Notes: generated by a model from the sequence alone, not told the origin. A DNA stretch of 32,000 nucleotides from Parasynechococcus marenigrum WH 8102 (GCF_000195975.1 NC_005070.1:1830001-1862000), one strand, 5' to 3'. Shown: positions 17,967-25,543, counted from the first letter of the stretch. A program made the numbers and translations.

Positions 17967-18163
17967 TTCTGGTAGAGCTCCTCAAGTTTTTCGCGACTGA
18001 ACTTGGCATAGAGAACTTCTTCGCCTGGGTCTGGTGCTTCGGGATGCCGCTTTGCCGGCTTTTCCCAGCTCGTGTTACGGATATTTCCCCACATCATTGC
18101 GAAAGCACCGCCTGCTATCACTGCGAAGAAAACGAAATAGATCGCTGCAAACCAGCTATTCAT
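17963..18163 (-). CDS. Small membrane protein (66 aa, one N-terminal TM helix)
   Basis: The protein is MNSWFAAIYFVFFAVIAGGAFAMMWG followed by a charged tail. It is translationally coupled to 17721-17966 by a 4-nt overlap. Confidence 0.55.
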   Translation of the reverse strand: MNSWFAAIYFVFFAVIAGGAFAMMWGNIRNTSWEKPAKRHPEAPDPGEEVLYAKFSREKLEELYQK

Positions 18164-18198
18164 TTGGATTAAAAAATTTTATTTACATAACTTAACGC

Positions 18199-18378
18199 AT
18201 GACGCGCTGCACTTGGCTTCTTGGAGAAAGCCTTCTGACTGCCGGATGCCTCATTACAGGAGCAGAAGCAAAATATGAGCCCCTGAAGCTCAGCGAATCA
18301 GAGCTGGCGACGATCCTCTTTGAGCATCCCATCTTGGGCTCCCTAGCGGACTATCCAAATGGCCGCCTACTCGGATAG
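18199..18378 (+). CDS. 59-aa ORF with signal-like N-terminus and the shared SESELATILFEHPILGSLADYPNGRLLG C-terminus
   Basis: Manual translation gives MTRCTWLLGESLLTAGCLITGAEAKYEPLKLSESELATILFEHPILGSLADYPNGRLLG. It is one residue below the ORF-track cutoff. Its 3' part lies in repeat R2. Confidence 0.4.
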   Translation: MTRCTWLLGESLLTAGCLITGAEAKYEPLKLSESELATILFEHPILGSLADYPNGRLLG

Positions 18379-18483
18379 CTGGCCAACTGGCTAACCAGTT
18401 AAGGCGCAGCACCCTCCAGGGCCTAACGGCTCCAAGGGAGGGGGGCTACTGAGGCCGCGAGAAGAACGCTGTCCTTCCCGAGC
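18282..18483 (+). repeat. Direct repeat R2 (~205 bp)
   Basis: This is the partner of R1 (17491-17699), in the same orientation. Confidence 0.85.
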
Positions 18484-19890
18484 GATGCGACCATCGGTAC
18501 AACCAAGTTCGCCGCACCACTGAACTTTTTGGCGAACGCACCAAGTCTTTTCAGGATTCCGAAGCACAGAACGGTGTCTCCTACGATCGCTCACGCAGGA
18601 GACAGGGGTTCTGCCAGCTCTCAGATCGCTCTACTGAGGCCGTCGCGTGTGGATGAACTCCCCATGTCCGCGCACAGCAAATATGGGGCCAAGCAGCGTG
18701 TTCGGCAACACGTCTTTTGGTCATTTTTGGATTCCAGAAAATCTCCCGTGAAGCCCTATGAATCTGGTATGGGAGGACACGGACAAGAGAGTTGCTATCT
18801 GCAGAATTCAGTCCACGCCTGGCTTTTCGCTCCAGCTGCTTTTCGATCCTTGATGCCAATGCGAATTTTCAGCCAAGGCAGCCAATGTGCTCTAGCAGGC
18901 AATTCAGGGCTCTGTTCCTGCTCCCCATAAGGGCTTAGTTGGGCGCCATCCCTGGTGCTGCAATGACTTCCACATCTGCTCTGTTGAGTCTTTCTGGAGG
19001 TGGCGTCGTTGCTCCAGCAGAGGTGGTCCCATCGGGCATCGCTCGACCCCGATCGACGAAAACCTTTGGATCCCTGACCCAAGCAGATTCATCCCTTTAG
19101 AACCGCCACACCCAGTGGTCGTTGGCGTCGATCAACCATCCTTCTCTCATCAAGCCACCTCCGGGCACCAGCCGATCTCGCGCTCACCCCTAAGCATCCA
19201 CTGATCAGTCTTCGACAGCCTTCTGAGCGATAGCTGCAGACACTCAGAAGTTCATTTGACCTGAGAGCCATAGCTCGTGCCACATCGCAGCAGGAGACGA
19301 GCTCAGTGCCAAAAAGCAAGTCGTAAAGATGGCTCCGGTGGTCAAGCCAACGCCCATCACGATCAGCGCAGTCAGTCCCTGCTCGTCGGTCAGCGGACGG
19401 TTGTCTAAGAAACGGCGCTTCGCCATTGGCTGGATATCGCTGTTTACGTTCTGCCAATCGAACCAGCTGAGTGGCAACAGGCCATTGCACTCATACTGCA
19501 ACTTCTAGGCACGTCCTTCTCACAATCGGCTGATTGCTCTTCTGAGGCAATGCGCCTTAATGCCGATAACTTTGTGCCCTCAAGGCACACAAACTGAGTT
19601 CAATGCGATCGGAGGCGCCATAAAAGACGAAACTCCACCCCAGCAGATCGCAGTAGCTGACTGACTTTCTGGCCCCTGCTCCAACAGTCTCAAAAATGAC
19701 CTGCGTTGGTCCTTTGGTAGGCACGCATTGGTCCGCCACGCCATTCGACGCTCCGCTTGCACCGTTTCAGGTGCCCTAGGAGAAAATGATCCTTCCATTA
19801 GAGCAAATGGCCCCAGGGCGCCTTTAGCCAAAAGCTTCGACCCTCTTTCTTCAGAAATGATGGGTTGAACCATGCACAAGCGAGCGAGCG

Positions 19891-19920
19891 AGGCCGTCTT
19901 TCCACCGGGAAGGACGGCCT
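19891..19920 (+). repeat. Hairpin element copy E1 (13-bp stem, ACCG loop)
   Basis: AGGCCGTCTTTCC-ACCG-GGAAGGACGGCCT is followed by TCCGCTTGTT. It is homologous to 23247-23276. Confidence 0.5.
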
Positions 19921-20378
19921 TCCGCTTGTTCAGGGTCAGTCACCGCTTCGATCTCAGTGAAGGGGCATGAAACCTAGTTGAGCATTCAGGACACCATCGA
20001 AAGATCCGATCCGTCATCAATTTGAAGATGTGTCCTCAGGCAGGTGGTGACGCATGTCCCATCATCGAGGTCGCACTCACTGATGCAGACAAAGTATTCA
20101 TCTAGTGCCTCCCATCGTTCAGTAATGGATAGATGCTCGTGTTCATTTTTGAGTGAATACAACTGTTTGTCCCAAGTGAGGCATTCTTACCAGCACTTTT
20201 CGCGCCAGGTCAATTTATATATTACAGAAAATAAAATACCTAGGGAGATGTTCTTAAGTGCTAATACTTAGTTCCTTTGACCCCTCAAGGGAGTTTTCGC
20301 CTATGTAACGGAATGAGTAAAGTACCTATTGATCTAGGAGTGGAAAGGAGTAGAGATAAGTCAGCGACAAGGAGAAAG

Positions 20379-20555
20379 ATGGTCACGATCTGTTCAGGTT
20401 TTTTCGATCTGTGCATTCCCCTCAATGCATTTGACAAGACGCAGCCAGAGCAAGCTGATGAACCCAATCAAGCGATGAAATCTCAGCACGATCTGTACTG
20501 GGAGGAGCGTTGCGACAGGTCCCCCACTGCGCCTGGATGCAAGATCTACGACTGA
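20379..20555 (+). CDS. CP12-like mini-protein (C-terminal Cys-loop only)
   Basis: AAGGAG lies 5 nt upstream of the ATG. The 58-aa product ends WEERCDRSPTAPGCKIYD, with the same C-D-x-x-P-x4-C-(K/R)-(I/V)-Y-D spacing as the canonical CP12 tail YCDANPEADECRVYDD at 1687-1905. Confidence 0.5.
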   Translation: MVTICSGFFDLCIPLNAFDKTQPEQADEPNQAMKSQHDLYWEERCDRSPTAPGCKIYD

Positions 20556-20770
20556 GCACAGCAAGTCTCAGCTGACGTCATCAAGGCAACGCAATCGGTT
20601 CTCTTTGGTTCAAACAACAAGTCCTGACTGACTTGCCCACAATTGTTGTTGACATCCACTGATCACCCCGCGTCTTAATTGCGGGGTGAAATGAATCTGC
20701 AGCGGGAATTTATACAAATCACGACCTTGATGGCTTTTAACACCAATTGATCAATCAATGGTGAGATTTA

Positions 20771-22159
20771 ATGAAAGACAAAATCGTCGTTCTCGACACG
20801 AATGTTCTGCTTCACGATCCTGAGGCTCCACACCGCTTTGGAGATCTGAGGGTTGTGATCCCAATGCAAGTGGTTGAGGAAATTGATCGCTTTAAAAAAG
20901 ATCACTCTGAAAAAGGCCGAAACGCCCGGCGAATTTCAAGACTCCTGGATTCCTATCGAGACCGCGGATGCCTTGCCGATGGTGTTCCCATTGAGGGCAC
21001 GAATCACGGCCTGCTTCAGGTAATTTTCTGTCAGGCCCATGCTCTTGACGCCTTACCGGCAGAGCTTCAGGGGGGCGGCGGCGACAACAACATCCTCGCA
21101 GTGGCCCTTGAGCAGCTGCGGCGCGGTGGGCTGAAACAGGCCCCGGAGGTTGTGCTGATCAGCAAAGACATCAACCTGAGAATCAAGGCCGACGCGGTAG
21201 GCCTGCAAGCCGAGGACTACGTCAATGACAACGTCTCGATTGATGACCTCTATGCAGGGTTCCGGGAACTCAGCACTGATGCAGTGACGATCTCGAGTCT
21301 GCATGACGAGGGTCAGCTCCCTCTGGACGCTGTCACCGATCCAGAGGGGCAGCACCCACAGGCAAATGAAGGCGTGGTGCTGGTGGATGAGCGCAACGAC
21401 AGCCGCACCTTGCTTGCCCGGCGTCAAGGAAACAGCAACTCACTTAAACCACTTGACTGGCTGAATCGTGCCCATTTGGGACGGATCAAGGCGAGAAATC
21501 GGGAGCAAAGTTTTGCGCTGGATTTGCTGCTCGATCCATCCGTTGCTCTGGTGACCCTAGTGGGCAAGGCAGGCACAGGCAAAACGCTGCTGGCCATTGC
21601 CGCTGGTTTGCACCAGGTGGCCGACACCCATCACTACGCCCGTCTGCTGGTGACACGTCCGCCAATCTCCCTCGGCAAAGACATTGGCTACCTGCCTGGA
21701 ACGCTTGAAGAGAAACTTGGGCCTTGGATGAAGCCGATCATCGACAACATCGACTTCATCACCGGCTCTTCTCCCGGCGAGGACTCTGAGCAGAAGAAGA
21801 AGCAGCGGCACCGCGAACCACGCAACGCCTGGGCTGATCTGCAAGGCATGGGTTTGTTGGAGGTTGAAGCGATAAACACCATCCGCGGGCGCTCAATTCC
21901 CCAACAGTTTCTGGTGGTGGATGAAGCGCAAAACCTGACGCCCTTGGAAGTGAAGACGATCGTCACGCGGGTGGGTGAAGGAACCAAGGTTGTCTTTACC
22001 GGTGATCCGTATCAAATCGACAACCCATACGTGGATGCCGAAAGCAACGGGCTCACATGGCTGGTGGAAAAGCTCAAAGATCAGCCTCTGGTAGGACACA
22101 TGACCCTCACCAAAGGAGAGCGCAGTGAACTGGCTGAACTAGCCGCCAACATCCTCTGA
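20771..22159 (+). CDS. PhoH2-type protein: N-terminal PIN-domain nuclease fused to a PhoH-like ATPase
   Basis: The PIN start reads KIVVLDTNVLLHDP with acidic residues downstream. The PhoH module has Walker A LVGKAGTGKTLLA, Walker B LVVDEAQNLT and the motif FTGDPYQID. Confidence 0.9.
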   Translation: MKDKIVVLDTNVLLHDPEAPHRFGDLRVVIPMQVVEEIDRFKKDHSEKGRNARRISRLLDSYRDRGCLADGVPIEGTNHGLLQVIFCQAHALDALPAELQGGGGDNNILAVALEQLRRGGLKQAPEVVLISKDINLRIKADAVGLQAEDYVNDNVSIDDLYAGFRELSTDAVTISSLHDEGQLPLDAVTDPEGQHPQANEGVVLVDERNDSRTLLARRQGNSNSLKPLDWLNRAHLGRIKARNREQSFALDLLLDPSVALVTLVGKAGTGKTLLAIAAGLHQVADTHHYARLLVTRPPISLGKDIGYLPGTLEEKLGPWMKPIIDNIDFITGSSPGEDSEQKKKQRHREPRNAWADLQGMGLLEVEAINTIRGRSIPQQFLVVDEAQNLTPLEVKTIVTRVGEGTKVVFTGDPYQIDNPYVDAESNGLTWLVEKLKDQPLVGHMTLTKGERSELAELAANIL

Positions 22160-22183
22160 GGCAAGACAACACCATCGTTATTA

Positions 22184-23080
22184 ATGACTGTTGAACAAAT
22201 GACTCAATTTCCAGAAACCTCAACACCTGAGCAAGCCAATCTGGATGCCATTCTGAATTCACCTACTTACAGAATTGCCCATGAAGATCCCGAGTTGATG
22301 AACAGCAATGTCATGCGTGGTGTGCGCATGCTGCTTGAAATCACCAAGCCGGATCTGCATCTGGAGACAGCCGGGATAGAATCGACGATCATTGTCTTTG
22401 GTGGTGCCAGGATCGTCGACAGAGACACCGCTCATCAGCGGCTAAAAGATGCAGAGAAAAATTTTAACCAAGATCCAAATTCATCAACTCTAAAGAGGAA
22501 AGTGATTAATGCTCAGCACTTAATTGAACTTTCTCGTTTTTATGACGCCGCTCGACAATTTGCCTACTTGGCGTCCCAGCATGGTCAGGCCAGCAAGGGG
22601 CAAGGCCATGGCTGCGCATCTCATGTAATCGTGACTGGTGGTGGTCCCGGAATCATGGAAGCTGCCAACCGTGGCGCATTTGATGCAGGATGCCGATCAA
22701 TCGGACTCAACATCACACTTCCCTTTGAACAACACCCCAATCCCTACATCACACCAGATCTTTGCTTCAAATTCAATTATTTCTCACTCCGCAAATTTCA
22801 CTTTGTGATGCGCTCTGTGGGAGCTATTTTATTTCCAGGAGGTTTTGGCACGCTTGATGAACTGTTTGAGTTGCTGACCTTGCGGCAAGTTGGAACTAAA
22901 GGACGCATGCCAATTGTGTTATTTGGAACAGAGTTCTGGACGAAGCTTGTGGACTTCGACTACCTCGCCGAATCAGGCTTAATTTCAAATGATGACCTAG
23001 CTCTAATTCGTTTTTCGGATACTGCCGAGGAAGCCTGGGAATATATACAAAGCAGCACTGAGCCAGTCCGCGGGCAATGA
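22184..23080 (+). CDS. LOG family (TIGR00730-type, lysine-decarboxylase-like) nucleotide N-glycosidase-fold protein
   Basis: Motifs IIVFGGARI, VTGGGPGIMEAANRGA and the hallmark PGGFGTLDELFE are present. The gene starts 24 nt after the PhoH2 stop on the same strand. Confidence 0.9.
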   Translation: MTVEQMTQFPETSTPEQANLDAILNSPTYRIAHEDPELMNSNVMRGVRMLLEITKPDLHLETAGIESTIIVFGGARIVDRDTAHQRLKDAEKNFNQDPNSSTLKRKVINAQHLIELSRFYDAARQFAYLASQHGQASKGQGHGCASHVIVTGGGPGIMEAANRGAFDAGCRSIGLNITLPFEQHPNPYITPDLCFKFNYFSLRKFHFVMRSVGAILFPGGFGTLDELFELLTLRQVGTKGRMPIVLFGTEFWTKLVDFDYLAESGLISNDDLALIRFSDTAEEAWEYIQSSTEPVRGQ

Positions 23081-23246
23081 AGAAACAATGCCATTAATTG
23101 ATATCGATTTGGTTGCTATTATGTGCTTGACTCGTAGAGGTATGTAAAGCGATCAACAAGAGAGTCCAACCTATTCCTTTCATGGGTGGTCTGGTCTCTC
23201 AACCATTACCACATCACATGTTTAAAGATGCGTAAGCCCGCGACAT

Positions 23247-23276
23247 AGGCCTTCTTTTCACCAGGAAGAGCGGCCT
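23247..23276 (+). repeat. Hairpin element copy E2 (13-position stem, ACCA loop); possible terminator of the PhoH2-LOG operon
   Basis: AGGCCTTCTTTTC-ACCA-GGAAGAGCGGCCT is followed by TCCTCTTT. It lies 167 nt downstream of the LOG stop. Confidence 0.5.
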
Positions 23277-23459
23277 TCCTCTTTAGGAAGTTACGAACAA
23301 TAGGGCCATCCTCCTGCAAGTTAGTCTTATTAAACCTGGGTTGTTTGGCACTCAAGTCCGCCGTGAAGCCTTGGTACGGATAGTACGAAAAATATTGCGA
23401 CAAAAACCATCGGGTAGCTGTCTTCTGCTTACTAGTTTTGATGCATCTACAGTTGTTTG

Positions 23460-23711
23460 ATGAACTTCCGAGTGCGCCTAAGAAGCAGATCCGACTACGA
23501 ATATGCAATTCTCTGGGAGAACGTTCGAGTCGAATATTTTACTAGTGTTGGTGATCAACAGCGGGCTGATCAATGCAAGAAATACTCGCAGGAGTTGGAG
23601 TGGCGCTTGGCCATGCTTCCATCGGCTGATCAGCTTGAAAAAAGCTCAAGTGATCCGCTAGCAGATTCCGGATGGATGCCTTCTGAGGAAATACCTAATT
23701 TCACTCAATAA
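23460..23711 (+). CDS. Small protein, FEYA-WE-ELEWR family, copy 3
   Basis: MNFRVRLRSRSDYEYAILWENVRVEYFTSVGDQQRADQCKKYSQELEWRLAMLPSADQ... shares even the RLAMLP(T/S)A(E/D)Q tail with copy 1. Confidence 0.65.
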   Translation: MNFRVRLRSRSDYEYAILWENVRVEYFTSVGDQQRADQCKKYSQELEWRLAMLPSADQLEKSSSDPLADSGWMPSEEIPNFTQ

Positions 23712-23994
23712 CAACAGTAAGCGCCGTATCTTAGCTCTTTACCCCTGATAAACTACTGAAAAAACGCTCCTGAGGACCCTAAATCTGGTGAAATTTTTGC
23801 GTGAGGTTTAATCCCCTCAGACTTGTTCCTGTCAGGTGAGTAAAAAAAAGAAACTGGAGATAAGACTTCTGCTTTTTGGAGTGGTGGCTTGTCTATGCCA
23901 GACACAACAGAGCTTCTGACATTTCACTGAGTTCTGCACACGTGTCTGGCTGGAATGATTGCGCCTGCCGCGCCAACAAACAGGCGCTAAGCGA

Positions 23995-24063
23995 AGCTAT
24001 CTGTCGCAACTCGCCGGCTAACGCCGGCTTTGAGCGTGGGTGTTCTTTCTGGAATCAACCCAG
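23995..24063 (+). promoter_or_regulatory. Conserved leader with GCCGGC-TAAC-GCCGGC hairpin (copy B)
   Basis: AGCTATCTGT lies at 23995-24004, the hairpin at 24013-24028 followed by TTT, and the ATG 35 nt later. The layout mirrors 15577-15647. Confidence 0.4.
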
Positions 24064-24777
24064 ATGACATTCACTCCTGTTCCTGTCCTTCGTAACGGGC
24101 AGCTAGAAAGATTGGCCCAAGACTGCCCAGGCTTCTCGGACGAAGAGGAACGACTGATCCATGACGATCGCAAAACGATCTTCATCGCAGGCGCTAGTGC
24201 AGCATCCCAGGGCCGTGCGGCTTACTGCCTCGGCGATAAGGGCGAACGTGTCTGGCTTCCTAACTGCCTGACATGTTTCCTCAATCGGATCGACATCACC
24301 ACCCAGCAATACGAGCGCTTCGACCCACGGGAGATGCTCATCGTCCACACCACCTCCATCAATGGCGAGTGCTGGAGCTACCGCACAGGCTTTGACAGCC
24401 ACGCTGCAAGTTCACTACTGAGCTGCATCAAGGCCATGTCTCCTGCCCAACTGGCGGAGCGGGTGCAGCTAACGCTGGTTCCGAAAGGACGAGCAACGTT
24501 CATCAACATGAGCACCATCTCCTCAGACCAAACCGGCTACTGCCGTGTGCGGGTTCCTGATGCAGATGTCGGGAGAAAGCTTGGCTACTCCGAGCAACTT
24601 GACATCATTTCCTACTTTCATCTCTCACAGACCAAGGCCCAAGCAGCTCTGACTGCAACTCCTGCGGTTGCAGCTGAGCTTGAGCCAACGCCTGTCGAGG
24701 CTGAAGTCATAGAGGCAATGGCGAAGCCCAAACGACCAAGGCGTAAGTCCAAAGCACCGGCTGAGAGACAAGTCTGA
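24064..24777 (+). CDS. Island protein of unknown function, 237 aa, with a Lys/Arg/Pro-rich C-terminal tail (intact copy)
   Basis: I place the start at MTFTPVPV, matching the MTFSSVPI start of the paralog. Conserved blocks include GERVWLPN, SSLL..IK.MSPA, PKGRA.FI and VGRKLGY. The tail is AMAKPKRPRRKSKAPAERQV. A terminator-like hairpin follows. Confidence 0.75.
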   Translation: MTFTPVPVLRNGQLERLAQDCPGFSDEEERLIHDDRKTIFIAGASAASQGRAAYCLGDKGERVWLPNCLTCFLNRIDITTQQYERFDPREMLIVHTTSINGECWSYRTGFDSHAASSLLSCIKAMSPAQLAERVQLTLVPKGRATFINMSTISSDQTGYCRVRVPDADVGRKLGYSEQLDIISYFHLSQTKAQAALTATPAVAAELEPTPVEAEVIEAMAKPKRPRRKSKAPAERQV

Positions 24778-24782
24778 ATCAA

Positions 24783-24808
24783 AGGCCCCATCAGAGCAGG
24801 GGCCTTTC
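24783..24808 (+). terminator. Terminator-like hairpin
   Basis: AGGCCCC-atcagagc-GGGGCCT is followed by TTTCCCC, a weak U-tract. Confidence 0.45.
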
Positions 24809-25017
24809 CCCTGGGTTGGCGCTGACCGTCTCCCAGCGCTTGAGCGAACGAACCTCCTAGAGCTACTGAATTGCTTAAGAAACAAGCCTGGCTTCGCGGC
24901 TACTAAGCGCGTAGCTTAATTCGGTAGCAGATGCTACTAATCGTTCACTCCGTTATCGCGGAGCGCAGTCAAGCCAGGCCATGGAACGGGGACCTGGATT
25001 TCTTCGAGGAACACCCA

Positions 25018-25200
25018 ATGACAACCCTTCTGTATCGCGGCAACGAGTACGTCCAGCAGAACAAGGCTGCTGAAACATCCCCTGTGCAGCTGACCTACCG
25101 TCGCAACGTTTACCAGGGGCGCCTGAACGAGGCCGCTCTTCATAACGTTGCCCTCACTGGCGTTCAGCTCACCTACCGCGGCGTTTCTTACACACGCTGA
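25018..25200 (+). CDS. DUF4278-like small cyanobacterial protein
   Basis: The 60-aa protein has the repeated L-x-YRG-x-x-Y pattern: LLYRGNEY, LTYRRNVY, LTYRGVSY. Confidence 0.7.
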   Translation: MTTLLYRGNEYVQQNKAAETSPVQLTYRRNVYQGRLNEAALHNVALTGVQLTYRGVSYTR

Positions 25201-25260
25201 TTTGGTAGCAGCACTCACAGTCAGCGGCTCTGGTGCTGGGGCTTAATAGGCCCAGCACCA

Positions 25261-25485
25261 ATGACTGGTTTGGACTTAGTCGCTCAGAGCTCTCCCAAAG
25301 GAATGCTTGCTGTAAGCCCTGCAAGCGTCCATGGCATGCTCTGGCTTCAAACACACTTCTCGAAAGAAAGCTGGGAAGCTTTGGCTCGTGGCCAAGCTGT
25401 TTTCAGTCAAGATTGTGTTGATGAACTCCTCAACGACGCAAGAAGCGCAGGCCTGAAGATTGACGCTTCTACCATTCTTTCCTGA
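25261..25485 (+). CDS. Hypothetical 74-aa protein
   Basis: The protein is MTGLDLVAQSSPKGMLAVSPASVHGMLWLQTHFSKESWEALARGQ... and is followed by a terminator. The start is uncertain because a strong hairpin abuts the ATG. Confidence 0.5.
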   Translation: MTGLDLVAQSSPKGMLAVSPASVHGMLWLQTHFSKESWEALARGQAVFSQDCVDELLNDARSAGLKIDASTILS

Positions 25486-25512
25486 GAAGGTTGAAAATCC
25501 TAGATGCATTAA

Positions 25513-25543
25513 AGCCCATGCAGATGCAGGGGCTCTTTTGTTT
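25513..25543 (+). terminator. Rho-independent terminator
   Basis: AGCCCATGCA..TGCAGGGGCT (one mismatch) is followed by CTTTTGTTT. Confidence 0.55.

Noticed and set aside
18919-18925. AAGGGCT heptamer matching part of the tRNA-Thr 3' end, considered as an internal att remnant marking a tandem insertion
   Set aside because: Only 7 nt match, which is expected by chance in 12 kb, and there is no compositional or gene-content boundary at that position.
19986-20271. Plus-strand 75-aa ORF (20044-20271, GTG start), and a minus-strand frame (19986-20162) containing ERWEALDEYF, faintly reminiscent of the WE-x-L-x2-YF motif
   Set aside because: The plus-strand ORF is Ser/His-rich with no RBS. The minus-strand frame has no ATG, only a possible TTG, and the motif match covers just a few residues. 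This is not enough evidence to call either.
23206-23508. 100-aa minus-strand ORF between the LOG gene and ELEWR copy 3
   Set aside because: Its sequence is not protein-like. It overlaps the start of the paralog-supported gene at 23460 and contains the E2 hairpin, so it is better explained as intergenic.
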